A DNA stretch of 64,000 bases, taken from Bacillota bacterium. Lineage in GTDB: Bacteria; Bacillota; Clostridia; Christensenellales; CAMQZB01. This document shows, piece by piece, positions 41,249-52,798 of this stretch. The notes under the pieces are model-generated. The model was not told where the DNA came from, searched no databases, and saw nothing but the letters and a program-made list of their open reading frames with translations. Location of the stretch: assembly GCA_044426085.1 (NCBI GenBank), contig JAWXUU010000002.1:36663-100662 (forward strand), read 5' to 3'. Made by a program: the position numbers and the translations under genes. Each line of letters begins with the position of its first letter. Position 1 is the first letter of the stretch.

Positions 41249-41878
41249 ATGAGCAAAGTTACAGTGTATGATCACCCACTTGTTCAACATAAGGTGGCGA
41301 TGATTCGCGACAAAAACACGAGCACAAAAGATTTTCGTGAACTTGTTGAAGAAATCGCAATGCTTATGGCTTATGAAGCAACTCGCGATTTGCCACTAGC
41401 TGATGTTTTGGTGGAAACGCCAATTCAAACTGCAAACTGCAAGATGATTGCAGGAAGAACGATTGGTGTCGTTCCAATTTTGCGTGCTGGTCTTGGAATG
41501 GTCAACGGAATTATCAATCTTGTTCCGAATGCAAAAATCGGGCATATTGGGCTTTATCGTGACCCAGAAACATTGCAACCAGTTGAATACTATTGCAAAT
41601 TGCCAACTGATGCGCCAGAGCGTGACTTCATTGTTGTAGACCCAATGCTTGCAACGGGTGGATCTGCGATTTCAGCAATCCAATTTATTAAGGATCGCGG
41701 TGTGAAGAATATCAAATTCATGTGTTTGATTGCAGCACCAGAAGGTGTTGATGCACTTTCTACTGCACATCCAGACGTCGATATTTATATCGCATCTCTC
41801 GATGAAAAACTAAATGACCACGCATATATCGTTCCAGGTCTTGGCGACGCAGGCGATAGATTGTTTGGTACAAAATAG
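41249..41878 (+). CDS. upp: Uracil phosphoribosyltransferase
   Basis: Motifs [24 protein letters not shown] and [10 protein letters not shown]. Confidence 0.95.
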   Translation: MSKVTVYDHPLVQHKVAMIRDKNTSTKDFRELVEEIAMLMAYEATRDLPLADVLVETPIQTANCKMIAGRTIGVVPILRAGLGMVNGIINLVPNAKIGHIGLYRDPETLQPVEYYCKLPTDAPERDFIVVDPMLATGGSAISAIQFIKDRGVKNIKFMCLIAAPEGVDALSTAHPDVDIYIASLDEKLNDHAYIVPGLGDAGDRLFGTK

Positions 41879-41886
41879 AGGTATAT

Positions 41887-42195
41887 ATGATAGAAAAGGT
41901 TATTGCGTCTATTCTTGACGCAGAAAAGTTAGCGAGCGAAATTATCGCAGATGGCATGAAGGAATATAAAACTATCATTGCCGATGCGGAAAGCTTCGTC
42001 GCGAGCGAGAAAAAACAACTCGTTTCAAGTTTGAAAGATTCTCAAAACGATGCGTATGCAAAAGCTGAACAAAAAGCGCAAAATGCATATGAAAAATCTC
42101 TTGAAGATGGAAGGGTTGAAGCAAAGAAAATGCAAGCTGAAAGCATGAAAAAACATGAAGAAGCTGTTGCATTTATAGTAGGGAAGGTGATCTGA
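41887..42195 (+). CDS. V-type ATPase small stator subunit (G/H-like)
   Basis: 102-aa coiled-coil, Ala/Glu/Lys-rich protein. It is the first gene of the V-ATPase operon and has a TGATG overlap with subunit I. Confidence 0.6.
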   Translation: MIEKVIASILDAEKLASEIIADGMKEYKTIIADAESFVASEKKQLVSSLKDSQNDAYAKAEQKAQNAYEKSLEDGRVEAKKMQAESMKKHEEAVAFIVGKVI

Positions 42196-44186
42196 TGGCA
42201 ATTGTTCAAATGAAAAGAATGAAGCTTGCGGCTCTTTCTGAAGAAAAAGAAGAAATTCTAAACATATTGAACAAGCTGGGTTGCGTTGAATTAAAAGAAA
42301 CGCAAGAAATTGAAAACACTCACACAAGATTTAATGAAAAAAGAGCGGCGAGAACTTCTCAAAAACTCACAAAACTAAATTTTGCCATTGAACTTATTGA
42401 AAAAGAACAAGCAGAGCGAGTTAAGCTTGCCGATGCACAAATTGTTGAATACACTAAGGCAAAAAAACCTTTCATGGCGGGAAGACCAGAAGTTGATTTC
42501 GAAAGATTTATCAATTCTGATGCCGAAGAAATGGATGTTTTGGCGAAGGTGGCAGAACTTGAAAAACTGCAAAATCAAAAGTCTGAAATCAAAAGCAAAC
42601 TTTTGAAAATTGATAACACGATTTCTTCACTTGCAGTGTATCAAGACCTAACAATTCCTTTTTCATCTTTCAAATCAACTAAGAACGTTGCTATATTCCT
42701 AGGAACAATCCCAGTTGTTGTGGAAGCGAAATTCAATGCAGAACTTAAAAGCGAAGATAAAAACTTCAAAGTGCAAACAATTTCAAAAGTTGGAGAATAC
42801 ATTTCAATTTTTGCATACGTGCATAAAGAATTTGAATCAGAGTGCAACAATTTCCTTTCAGAATTTGGCTTTTCAAAATGTTCGTTTGATTTTGATAAAA
42901 TCCCAAGCGAACAAATTCAAACGCTCAAAGAAGAAAAAGAAGAATTAATAGCAAAGGATATAAGACTTAACGGCTATATCGTCGGCTATGAAAAACTTCT
43001 TGACCAAATGAAGCAAATGTATGATTTTTTCTCTTTTAAACAAGAGAAAATCACTGCTCAAGGTGAATTCAGAAGAACAGCTGGCGAAAAAGTTATCGTT
43101 TTCGAATCTTGGGTTCCAGCAGAACAAACTGAAAACATTAAAAACTCAGTCGAAAAATACACAAACAGAGCATACTTCGAATTTTTGGATGTTGAAGATG
43201 GCGAAATTCCACCAACATGCACAAGAAACAACAAGCTTGTTTCGAATTATGAAGTTGTAACAAACATGTATTCCGCTCCGTCTTATCGCGAAATGGATCC
43301 AAACTTTTCGGTGATGATTTTCTTCTTCATCTTCTTTGGCTTCATGCTTTCAGATGCGGGATATGGTCTGCTTCTTGCAGTTGGTGCTTTTGTGGCACTC
43401 AAATTTATTGATCTAGAAACGGGTGCGAGAAAGCTTGTCACTGTTATTATGCTTGGCGGTATTTCAACAATCATCTGGGGTGTGCTTTTTGGCGGATATT
43501 TCGGAATAGATGTTTCAAACACATTCCTTGGAAACTTCACTTGGTTCACACCACTTGATAATCCAATTGGCGTTTTGGCGCTTGCATTGGGACTTGGTGT
43601 TTTCCAAATTTTGTGGGGACTTGGCTTGAAAGCTATTGCGCTTTGGAAATCAGGTGATAAAGTCGGTGCAATCTGTGACGTTGGTTCATGGTATTTGCTT
43701 TTCTTTGGCATCATGATTTTTGCCCTTGGAATGCTTCCTGGCTTCGAAGCTGTCGGCTCTGTAGGTAAATATCTTGCTATTGGTGGTGTGGCTATGCTAC
43801 TTCTCACTCAAGGCAGAAAGGAAAAGAACATCTTTTTGAAAGCATTCAAAGGTGTTGGCTCACTTTATGGCATAATGAATTATGTTTCAGACATTCTAAG
43901 TTATGCTCGTCTTTTCGGACTTGGTCTTGCAACTGGTGTCGTAGGTATGGTTATGAACAATATCGGTATGGTATTTATCGATTTGATTCCATACGCAGGC
44001 TATGTTGTTGGTGCACTGTTCATTTTGGCAGGGCACGCACTCAACATTGGTATCAACGCACTCGGCGCATATGTCCACAACTGTAGACTTCAATATATTG
44101 AATTCTTCGGTAAATTCTATGAAGGTGGCGGTCACGTATTCAGTCCACTTGGCTCAAACACAAAATACGTAAGAATAAAAAAATAA
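42195..44186 (+). CDS. ntpI: V-type ATPase subunit I (membrane a-subunit homolog)
   Basis: 663 aa with an N-terminal cytoplasmic coiled-coil region and a C-terminal polytopic domain containing the SYARLFGLGLA motif. Confidence 0.9.
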   Translation: MAIVQMKRMKLAALSEEKEEILNILNKLGCVELKETQEIENTHTRFNEKRAARTSQKLTKLNFAIELIEKEQAERVKLADAQIVEYTKAKKPFMAGRPEVDFERFINSDAEEMDVLAKVAELEKLQNQKSEIKSKLLKIDNTISSLAVYQDLTIPFSSFKSTKNVAIFLGTIPVVVEAKFNAELKSEDKNFKVQTISKVGEYISIFAYVHKEFESECNNFLSEFGFSKCSFDFDKIPSEQIQTLKEEKEELIAKDIRLNGYIVGYEKLLDQMKQMYDFFSFKQEKITAQGEFRRTAGEKVIVFESWVPAEQTENIKNSVEKYTNRAYFEFLDVEDGEIPPTCTRNNKLVSNYEVVTNMYSAPSYREMDPNFSVMIFFFIFFGFMLSDAGYGLLLAVGAFVALKFIDLETGARKLVTVIMLGGISTIIWGVLFGGYFGIDVSNTFLGNFTWFTPLDNPIGVLALALGLGVFQILWGLGLKAIALWKSGDKVGAICDVGSWYLLFFGIMIFALGMLPGFEAVGSVGKYLAIGGVAMLLLTQGRKEKNIFLKAFKGVGSLYGIMNYVSDILSYARLFGLGLATGVVGMVMNNIGMVFIDLIPYAGYVVGALFILAGHALNIGINALGAYVHNCRLQYIEFFGKFYEGGGHVFSPLGSNTKYVRIKK

Positions 44187-44209
44187 TTTGAAAATCTTTT
44201 AAAGCTTAA

Positions 44210-44743
<534 letters not shown>

Positions 44744-44757
44744 TAAGGAGAAATATA

Positions 44758-45330
44758 ATGGCAGAAAATGCTATCATTGAAAAAATTGTCGATGATGCAA
44801 AAAAAGCGAGCCAATCATATATCTCTGATGCTAATGCAAAAAAAGTTGAAATAGAAAGTGATTTTGAAAAATATAAAACAGCAATCACTGAAAAAACAAA
44901 TAAAACAACAGCAGTAGAATGTGAAAATATTCTAGTAAGAAAAAACACTGTTGCAACTTTGGATACTAATAAAATTATTTTGCAAGCAAAACAAGAAGTG
45001 ATTGATAACGCTTTTGTCGTTGCTAAAGAAAATATTTTGAAAGATAAATCTGCATATCAAAAATTTATGACAGCTGAAATTTTAAAGTATTTCGAAAACG
45101 GTGACGAAATCATTATTGGCAAAACGGATACAGCACTTGATGATGCCTTTGTTAAAGGCTTAAAAGAAGGCACAAGCAAAAAGATTGTTATTTCAAAAGA
45201 AACAGGCAATTTTGTTGGCGGTGTTATCATCAAAAGCGCTGGATATGATAAGAACTTGTGTCTAGACACAATTTTAAAAACTAAAAGAGAAGAAATTGAA
45301 GCTCAGGTTTCAAGAATTCTCTTCGAATAG
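44758..45330 (+). CDS. ntpE: V-type ATPase subunit E
   Basis: 190 aa, N-terminal coiled coil, and operon position. Confidence 0.8.
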   Translation: MAENAIIEKIVDDAKKASQSYISDANAKKVEIESDFEKYKTAITEKTNKTTAVECENILVRKNTVATLDTNKIILQAKQEVIDNAFVVAKENILKDKSAYQKFMTAEILKYFENGDEIIIGKTDTALDDAFVKGLKEGTSKKIVISKETGNFVGGVIIKSAGYDKNLCLDTILKTKREEIEAQVSRILFE

Positions 45331-45342
45331 GAGAATTTGGGT

Positions 45343-46338
45343 ATGGCAAGCAAAACTTTTGCAAATACGGTCGCAGTGGCAAAAAGCACGAGCCTACTAA
45401 ACCAAGATAAACTTTCAAGACTTCTTGATTGTGAAACTGGTGCGGATGGACTCAAAATTTTGGCTGAGCTTTCGTATGGCGATATGTCCATTGAAAACCC
45501 ATATGACTTTGAAATCTTGATTGATGCAGAGATGAAAAAACATTATGAATTCATCTCTGAAACTAGTCCTGATAAAAACGCAACTGACTGTTTCTTTTGC
45601 GAGCTTGATTATCACAATTTGAAGTGTGCATTCAAGGCAAAATACGGCAAAATAAAAGAATATGACAAAATTTCTTATTCTTTTTCAAACATTGCCAGTG
45701 ATTTGCTTTTGGAAAGCGTGGAAAATGATGAATATAAGTCATTTTCAAAATTCATGATGAAAGCTTGTGAAGAAATTGATTCAGCTCACATCGCAAATTC
45801 TTTGACACCATCAAAAATTGACTACATCTGCGACAAACAAATGTATGCTGAAATTTTTGCAAAACTCAAAAAAGTATCTTCAAGTGCACTCAATGCATAC
45901 TACACTGCAAAACTTGACCTTATCAACATTCAAACAATGATAAGAGCAAAAGTGTATGAAATTGATTCTTTCGAGCTTGCAAATATGATTTTTGAAGGCG
46001 GAAGCATTTCGGTTTTGAAACTTAAGGAGCAATTTGAACTTGCCTTTGATGCTTTCATGGCGGAATATACCTACAGCCCATATGCGGAAATCATCAAAAC
46101 TTTGGTTAAGGAACTTTCTGAAAGTTCAAGCCAAGTTGAATTTGAAAAAATGCGTGATGATTACCTTATGAACATTTTCAAATCAAAGAAGTTCACTTCT
46201 GTTGATGCTGATTTGTTTTATGCCTATATGGTTGCAAAAATGTCGGAATTTGATAATGTGCGTCTTATTATGGTTGGACTTAACAACAAGCTGGACAAAA
46301 ATAAAATCAAAGTGAGGTTGAAAGAGCTTTATGTATGA
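45343..46338 (+). CDS. ntpC: V-type ATPase subunit C (d-subunit homolog)
   Basis: About 331 aa. Operon position between E and F. TAGGAGAA RBS (alternative TTG start at 45337). Confidence 0.8.
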   Translation: MASKTFANTVAVAKSTSLLNQDKLSRLLDCETGADGLKILAELSYGDMSIENPYDFEILIDAEMKKHYEFISETSPDKNATDCFFCELDYHNLKCAFKAKYGKIKEYDKISYSFSNIASDLLLESVENDEYKSFSKFMMKACEEIDSAHIANSLTPSKIDYICDKQMYAEIFAKLKKVSSSALNAYYTAKLDLINIQTMIRAKVYEIDSFELANMIFEGGSISVLKLKEQFELAFDAFMAEYTYSPYAEIIKTLVKELSESSSQVEFEKMRDDYLMNIFKSKKFTSVDADLFYAYMVAKMSEFDNVRLIMVGLNNKLDKNKIKVRLKELYV

Positions 46339-46654
46339 TAGAATCGGAATCATTGGGGATCCAGACAGCGTTCTTGCTTTCAAAGCAATTGGCGTAGAAG
46401 CGTTCCCGCAAGCAGATGCAGAAAAAGCAAAAGACCTCGTGAAAGAAATGTCAAGAAAAGGCTTCAAAGTGATTTTCATAACGGAAAATTTGTGCGAACA
46501 AATGCAGGAATTTTTGGAAGAATATAAATCCAAAACATATCCAGCAATCATTCCTCTCGTAGGTGTTATGGCACCGACAAACTACGGAATGAACAGCATA
46601 AGACGCGATATGGAAAAGGCAATCGGGGCAGACATCCTTTTCAGAAAAGATTAG
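46331..46654 (+). CDS. ntpF: V-type ATPase subunit F
   Basis: 107 aa, beginning [19 protein letters not shown], which is typical of subunit F. Confidence 0.88.
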   Translation: MYDRIGIIGDPDSVLAFKAIGVEAFPQADAEKAKDLVKEMSRKGFKVIFITENLCEQMQEFLEEYKSKTYPAIIPLVGVMAPTNYGMNSIRRDMEKAIGADILFRKD

Positions 46655-46676
46655 GAAATTTAATGGAGAAATAAAC

Positions 46677-48446
46677 ATGCAAGGAAAAGTAATAAAAGTT
46701 TCAGGACCTTTGATTGTTGCCGAAGATATGGCAGATTCAAAGATGTATGACGTTGTTAGGGTTTCTGATAAAGGATTGATCGGTGAAATCATCGAACTTC
46801 GTGGCGACAAAGCCTCAATCCAAGTATACGAAGAAACTGCAGGTCTTGGTCCTGGCGAAATCGTGCTTTCAACAAACGAACCACTTTCTGTTGAACTTGG
46901 TCCAGGTCTTATTGAAAGCATATTTGATGGCATTCAAAGACCACTCACAAAACTTGTTGAAATGTCTGGCGAAAGAATCGGAAAAGGACTTTCTGTTTCC
47001 GCACTAGACCACGACAAAAAGTGGGATTTTGTTGCAACAGCAAAAATTGGAGACAGCGTTATTGCAGGTGATATCATCGGCTACGTTTGGGAAACTCCAA
47101 TTGTAAAACACTATATCATGGTGCCATTTGGTATCAGTGGTGTTATCGAAAAAATTGCAGATGCAAACATCACAATCGATGAAGTTTGCGCTGTTATCAA
47201 AACAAATGATGGCATAAAAGACATCACAATGCTTCAAAAATGGCCTGTAAGAAGAAGTAGACCATACAAGGAAAAACTTCCACCAAACATGCCAATGATA
47301 ACTGGACAACGTGTTATTGATACGCTTTTCCCAGTTGCAAAAGGTGGTGTTGCATCAGTTCCAGGTCCATTCGGAAGTGGTAAAACAGTTGTGCAACATC
47401 AGCTTGCAAAATGGGCAGATGCAGAAATCATCGTATACGTTGGCTGTGGCGAACGTGGAAACGAAATGACAGATGTTCTTAACGAATTCCCTGAACTTAA
47501 AGACCCAACAACAGGCGAACCACTTATGAAGAGAACTGTTCTTATCGCAAACACATCAGACATGCCGGTTGCCGCTCGTGAAGCGTCAATCTACACAGGT
47601 ATCACTATCGCTGAATACTTCAGAGACATGGGCTATAACGTAGCAATCATGGCGGATTCAACATCAAGATGGGCTGAAGCTCTTCGTGAAATGAGTGGAC
47701 GTCTTGAAGAAATGCCAGGTGAAGAAGGCTATCCAGCATACCTTTCAAGTAGACTTGCAGAGTTCTACGAAAGAGCAGGTATCGTGAAAGCACTTGGTGG
47801 TGGAGAAAGAGTCGGCTCTGTAACAGCAATCGGTGCGGTATCACCTCCGGGTGGTGACCTTTCTGAACCGGTTTCTCAAGCAACACTTCGTATTGTTAAA
47901 GTGTTCTGGGGACTTTCAGCACAGCTTGCTTATCGTCGTCATTTCCCAGCAATCGACTGGATTCAATCATATTCACTTTACGCAGACAGACTTGCAGATT
48001 GGTTTAGCAACAATGTTTCACCAGAATTCATTCCGCTAAGATCATTTGCAATGCGCGTTTTGCAAGAAGAATCTGAACTTGAAGAAATCGTGAGACTTGT
48101 CGGTGTTGATGCACTGTCATCAAAAGATAGATTGACACTTGAAACAGCAAAGACAATCCGTGAAGACTACCTTCACCAAAATGCATTCCACGAAGTGGAT
48201 ACATTTGCTTCAGTGACAAAACAATACAGAATGTTGAAACTTATCAACGGTTTCCACACTCTTTCAAACGCAGCACTTTTGAAAGATGCTGATCTTGATG
48301 ATTTGCTTAAAATTCCAGCAAGAGACAAAATCGGTAGATGTAAATATATCGAAGAAAGTCAGCTTGCTCAATTTGATGAAATCGAAAAAGAAATGGAACA
48401 ACAAATCAAAGATTTGCATAAAGAAGGAGGTATGATCGATGCTTAA
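46677..48446 (+). CDS. ntpA: V-type ATPase catalytic subunit A
   Basis: Walker A GPFGSGKT, and the length and sequence of an A-subunit including the non-homologous insert. Confidence 0.96.
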   Translation: MQGKVIKVSGPLIVAEDMADSKMYDVVRVSDKGLIGEIIELRGDKASIQVYEETAGLGPGEIVLSTNEPLSVELGPGLIESIFDGIQRPLTKLVEMSGERIGKGLSVSALDHDKKWDFVATAKIGDSVIAGDIIGYVWETPIVKHYIMVPFGISGVIEKIADANITIDEVCAVIKTNDGIKDITMLQKWPVRRSRPYKEKLPPNMPMITGQRVIDTLFPVAKGGVASVPGPFGSGKTVVQHQLAKWADAEIIVYVGCGERGNEMTDVLNEFPELKDPTTGEPLMKRTVLIANTSDMPVAAREASIYTGITIAEYFRDMGYNVAIMADSTSRWAEALREMSGRLEEMPGEEGYPAYLSSRLAEFYERAGIVKALGGGERVGSVTAIGAVSPPGGDLSEPVSQATLRIVKVFWGLSAQLAYRRHFPAIDWIQSYSLYADRLADWFSNNVSPEFIPLRSFAMRVLQEESELEEIVRLVGVDALSSKDRLTLETAKTIREDYLHQNAFHEVDTFASVTKQYRMLKLINGFHTLSNAALLKDADLDDLLKIPARDKIGRCKYIEESQLAQFDEIEKEMEQQIKDLHKEGGMIDA

Positions 48447-49818
48447 AGAATACAGAACAATACGTGAAGTTGTCGGCCCTCTTATGCTTGTTGAAGGTGT
48501 TGAAGGTGTAAAATATGACGAGCTTGTAGAAATTGAACAAGCAAACGGCGAAATCAGACTTGGTAAGGTTTTGCAAATTGAAAAAGATAGAGCAATGGTG
48601 CAACTTTTCGAAGGTTCACAAGGTTTGCAAATTTCAACTGCTAAAGCTAGATTCCTTGGTAAAGGTGTAGAGCTTGCAGTTTCAAAAGATATGCTAGGAA
48701 GAGTATTCGACGGTATGGGTAGACCAATCGATAACGGTCCAAACATCATTCCTGAAGCAAAGCTTGATATCAACGGACAACCAATCAACCCAGCTGCTCG
48801 TGACTATCCAAACGAATTTATTCAAACGGGTATCTCTGCAATTGACGGTTTGAACACACTTGTTCGTGGACAAAAACTTCCAGTTTTCTCGATGAGTGGT
48901 CTTCCACACGCAAACTTAGCAGCGCAAATCGCACGCCAAGCAAAAGTTTTGAAAAGCGATAGCAAGTTTGCCGTAGTTTTCGGTGCTGTTGGTATCACTT
49001 ATGAAGAAGCAGAATACTTTATCAGTGACTTCAGAAAAACAGGTGCAATCGAAAGAACGGTTCTATTTATGAACCTAGCAAACGACCCAGCGATTGAACG
49101 TATTGCAACGCCACGTATGGCGCTTACATGTGCGGAATATCTTGCGTTTGAACTTGGCATGCACGTTCTTGTTATCATAACAGATATCACAAACTATGCT
49201 GAAGCACTTCGTGAAACATCAGCTGCAAGAAAAGAAGTTCCAGGTCGTCGTGGATATCCAGGCTACCTTTATACCGACCTTGCAACAATGTATGAAAGAG
49301 CGGGCAGAATCAAAGGAAAAGAAGGCTCAATCACTCAAATTCCTATCCTTACAATGCCAGAAGATGACAAAACGCATCCAATCCCTGACCTTACTGGATA
49401 CATCACTGAAGGACAAATCATGCTTTCTCGTGAATTGTTCAAAAAAGGTATCAATCCACCAATCGACGTTATGCCATCACTTTCTCGTTTGAAAGATAAA
49501 GGTATTGGTAAAGGCAAAACTCGTGAAGACCATGCCGACACAATGAACCAATTGTTCGCGGCGTATTCAAGGGGCAAAGAAGCAAAAGAACTTGCTGCAA
49601 TCCTTGGTGAAACAGCGATTTCAGAAGTTGACAGATTGTATTCTAAATTTGCAACAGAATTTGAAAATCTTTATGTTTCACAAGGCTTCGAAACAAACAG
49701 ACCAATCGAAGAAACTTTGGAACTTGGTTGGGACTTGCTTGCAATTTTGCCAGAAAACGAACTAAAACGTATCAAGGATATATATATCGAAACTTATCAT
49801 CCGAATCACAAAAACTGA
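48439..49818 (+). CDS. ntpB: V-type ATPase subunit B
   Basis: 459 aa with a typical B-subunit sequence ([12 protein letters not shown]..., [15 protein letters not shown]). Confidence 0.96.
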   Translation: MLKEYRTIREVVGPLMLVEGVEGVKYDELVEIEQANGEIRLGKVLQIEKDRAMVQLFEGSQGLQISTAKARFLGKGVELAVSKDMLGRVFDGMGRPIDNGPNIIPEAKLDINGQPINPAARDYPNEFIQTGISAIDGLNTLVRGQKLPVFSMSGLPHANLAAQIARQAKVLKSDSKFAVVFGAVGITYEEAEYFISDFRKTGAIERTVLFMNLANDPAIERIATPRMALTCAEYLAFELGMHVLVIITDITNYAEALRETSAARKEVPGRRGYPGYLYTDLATMYERAGRIKGKEGSITQIPILTMPEDDKTHPIPDLTGYITEGQIMLSRELFKKGINPPIDVMPSLSRLKDKGIGKGKTREDHADTMNQLFAAYSRGKEAKELAAILGETAISEVDRLYSKFATEFENLYVSQGFETNRPIEETLELGWDLLAILPENELKRIKDIYIETYHPNHKN

Positions 49819-49832
49819 TAGGGGGATAAATT

Positions 49833-50465
49833 ATGGCAAGACTTAATGTAAATCCAACACGTATGGAACTCAAAAGACTATCAGTCCGTTTGAAAACCGC
49901 AACGCGTGGACACAAACTGTTAAAAGATAAAAGCGATGAAATGATTCGTCAGTTTTCTATCTTAATAAGACAAAACAAGGTTCTAAGAGAAGAAGTCGAA
50001 GCATCACTTCACGAAGCGATGATAGAATTCACATTTGCAAGATCGCTAACAAGCTCTAAGCAAATGAACGAAGCCCTTGCAATGCCATCGAAAAAAGTGC
50101 AATTAGTCTGCAAAACAAAAAACGTCATGTCAGTTCCTGTTCCTGAAATCGAAATTGATATGGCTGGCTCTGGAAACGATAACTTTCCATACAGTTTCTC
50201 TTCGCTGACAGCAGAAACAGATAATGCAATTATGAATTTGAATGCAAATTTGGAAAAACTTATCCGACTTGCTGAAATCGAAAAAGCTTGCAATATGCTA
50301 GCTAACGAAATTGAAAAGAACAAACGCAGAGTTAACGCACTTGAATACGTTATGATTCCGCAACTCGAAGAAACAATCAGGTATATCAAAATGAAACTTG
50401 AAGAAAATGATCGCGGTGCAAAATCAAGACTTATGAAAGTAAAAGAAATGCTCATGAACGATTAA
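49833..50465 (+). CDS. ntpD: V-type ATPase subunit D
   Basis: The N-terminus RLNVNPTRMELKRL is the hallmark of subunit D. Confidence 0.92.
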   Translation: MARLNVNPTRMELKRLSVRLKTATRGHKLLKDKSDEMIRQFSILIRQNKVLREEVEASLHEAMIEFTFARSLTSSKQMNEALAMPSKKVQLVCKTKNVMSVPVPEIEIDMAGSGNDNFPYSFSSLTAETDNAIMNLNANLEKLIRLAEIEKACNMLANEIEKNKRRVNALEYVMIPQLEETIRYIKMKLEENDRGAKSRLMKVKEMLMND

Positions 50466-50473
50466 TCATGATG

Positions 50474-50502
50474 AAAAATCCACCAGAAATGGTGGATTTT
50501 TT
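50474..50502 (+). terminator. Intrinsic terminator of the V-ATPase operon
   Basis: ATCCACC (50478-50484) pairs with GGTGGAT (50491-50497), flanked by an A-run and T5-6. Confidence 0.75.
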
Positions 50503-50547
50503 GCGTTAAAAGGAATATAGCAGGGTGATTTTTCGCAAAATAATAGC

Positions 50548-51234
50548 ATGATACCAATCTTTATAAGAACAATTATAATATTTTCAACGCTGTTTGTTGT
50601 TATTCGCCTTATGGGAAAAAGGCAAATTGGCGAAATGCAACCGCTAGAACTTGTGGTCACACTTGTGATTTCCGACCTTGCGTGCATACCACTTGCCGAT
50701 GTTTCAATACCAATCGCATACGGTGTTGTCGCTATTCTTGCAGTGTTTTTTGTCAACTGTTTTGCAAATTTGATTTCATCAAAATCGATAAATTTTCGCA
50801 TGTTCATGACGGGAAAACCAACAATCATTATCGATGAAAATGGACTTGACGAAATCAATCTGAGAAAACTTAATATGAATATTAACGACGTTATGGAATC
50901 AATAAGAACGGCGGGATACTTTCACCTTGATGATATAAAGTATGCAATTTTCGAAACTAATGGTAAACTCAGTGTTGTAGAAAACAGCAACCAAGAAAGG
51001 TCAACAACACTTCCGCTGACCATTGTTGGTAACGGAATGAAAATGGAACGGACACTCGACACCATTGACGGATGGGAAATCCTTGAAGTAATATTGAAAA
51101 AGCACAATATTAAACTGAGAGAAATTGTCGTCATGACAATTGATGATAACGGCAAGGTCTATTTGAAAGAAAAGGGCAGAAAATATAGAATTATTAATAC
51201 AAACTTCAAAATAAAAGGACAGGATAATGAGTAA
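50548..51234 (+). CDS. DUF421 (YetF-like) membrane protein
   Basis: The N-terminal TM region with GKRQIGEMQPLELVVTLVISD is typical of DUF421/YetF. Confidence 0.7.
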   Translation: MIPIFIRTIIIFSTLFVVIRLMGKRQIGEMQPLELVVTLVISDLACIPLADVSIPIAYGVVAILAVFFVNCFANLISSKSINFRMFMTGKPTIIIDENGLDEINLRKLNMNINDVMESIRTAGYFHLDDIKYAIFETNGKLSVVENSNQERSTTLPLTIVGNGMKMERTLDTIDGWEILEVILKKHNIKLREIVVMTIDDNGKVYLKEKGRKYRIINTNFKIKGQDNE

Positions 51235-51604
51235 GCGTATCATAATATTAATAATAATACTATCAGTTGTTCTTTCGTTGGCACTGCTTGAAGAAACAAT
51301 TATAAAAAACACTTTTGAAAGTTTAGAATTTCGCCTAAATCAAATGGATGTTGCAATAGAAAATGACACTATAAACGAAATAGACATTGATAATTTGATT
51401 GGGTATTGGGAAAGGCGAAAAAGGCTTTTATGCATGATTGTGCCACACATTGAAATAAGGAATATAGAAATATATTTGTATCAACTTAAAAATGCGGTGG
51501 AAAACCAAGAATATTTTGAAGCGTCGGAATATATCGAAGTGCTACTTTCGCAATCTAGAAGTATACCTAAAACATTTGTGTTGTGCCTTGAGAACATTCT
51601 TTAA
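51227..51604 (+). CDS. DUF4363-like small membrane-anchored protein
   Basis: 125 aa with an N-terminal TM helix. It overlaps the DUF421 gene by 8 nt, a pairing commonly seen with DUF421. Confidence 0.5.
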   Translation: MSKRIIILIIILSVVLSLALLEETIIKNTFESLEFRLNQMDVAIENDTINEIDIDNLIGYWERRKRLLCMIVPHIEIRNIEIYLYQLKNAVENQEYFEASEYIEVLLSQSRSIPKTFVLCLENIL

Positions 51605-51730
51605 CAGCATAGTTTATCTTTCTTGCCAAAAAAGATAAACTATGGTATAATAAATAAACTTTAGAAAATAAATTATCGTTTGCACTATCTTTTTTTGCAG
51701 ATGAATTGTTGATATTACAAAAGGAGCAAT

Positions 51731-52255
51731 GTGGAAAAGGCTAAACAGATAGAACTTTATCTAAAACAGCTTCAAGATGGCGACAGAGAATCACTTAAGG
51801 GAATATATGAATTATGCGAAAAGGATGTTTATACGTTCGCATTATCCCTCACCAAAAACATTCAACTCAGTCACGATGTGAAGCAGGAAACCTTCGTTAA
51901 AATCATGAACAGTTCCCACCAATATAAGGGCGGAAATGTCATGGCATGGATTTTTACAATAACAAAACACACGGCGTATAACGCCATGAAAAAGCATAAG
52001 CGTGAAGTTAGTTCCGAAGTGATGGGAGAAATGAAAACCACACAAAATTTCGGTGAAGACAGCATGATTTTGAAAGTTGCGTTGAAAGTGTTATCCAAAC
52101 AAGAACGAAAGGTTGTTTTGTTGCACCTTATTTCAGGCTATAAACAGAAAGAAGTCGCAGAAATTTTGCGATTACCACTGACAACAGTCAAGTATTATTA
52201 TAGAAATTCATTAATTAAAATGAAAAAGGTATTGGAAGATGACTACAGATTTTGA
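51731..52255 (+). CDS. ECF-type RNA polymerase sigma-70 family factor
   Basis: 174 aa with region 2 (DVKQETFVKI...WIFTITKHTAYN) and a region 4 HTH (QKEVAEILRLPLTTVKYYYRNS). AAAGGAG RBS, GTG start. Confidence 0.8.
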   Translation: MEKAKQIELYLKQLQDGDRESLKGIYELCEKDVYTFALSLTKNIQLSHDVKQETFVKIMNSSHQYKGGNVMAWIFTITKHTAYNAMKKHKREVSSEVMGEMKTTQNFGEDSMILKVALKVLSKQERKVVLLHLISGYKQKEVAEILRLPLTTVKYYYRNSLIKMKKVLEDDYRF

Positions 52256-52772
52256 AATAAAGCTTAAACAACAACTAAATGATGATATCGATTCAACGAA
52301 CATTGATGTTCTTGATGCCGTCATGAAAACTCCATTCACAGAAACGAAAAAGCGTTTCAATTTTTGGAATATGCCTAAAAGGGCAGTGGCAACAATTTGT
52401 GCATCAGTTCTGCTTTTGTGCGTAGGCGTTTTTGCAACGGATATGTTTTCCGCACAAGACGCTCAAACACCAATGCCAATGTCTATGAGCGATATGTCAC
52501 GCACCGTTGAATCGGAAGAAATCAACATATCTGATGGATTGCAAGCAGTTCTTTTGCAAGCCGATATGACAGATGTGATTGAAATTGCCGTTTTAACATC
52601 GTATGAAGAAAGCGACTTACTTCATCTTGCAAGTTTAGGAAGGGAAATAACTTTTGAAGATTTCTCTGATCTATCTCTTGCAGAATCTGAGGTTCTAGTT
52701 TTAGAACTTGACAAATCAAGCATTATCAACATGAAAAACTTTTTCTATTTCATGTTGCCAAGCGAAGCGTAA
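52239..52772 (+). CDS. Single-pass membrane protein, putative cognate anti-sigma factor (assigned by position only)
   Basis: It overlaps the sigma gene by 17 nt. It has one central TM helix and no HxxxCxxC zinc anti-sigma motif. Confidence 0.35.
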   Translation: MTTDFEIKLKQQLNDDIDSTNIDVLDAVMKTPFTETKKRFNFWNMPKRAVATICASVLLLCVGVFATDMFSAQDAQTPMPMSMSDMSRTVESEEINISDGLQAVLLQADMTDVIEIAVLTSYEESDLLHLASLGREITFEDFSDLSLAESEVLVLELDKSSIINMKNFFYFMLPSEA

Positions 52773-52798
52773 AAATATATATTAAGGGTGTATAAATT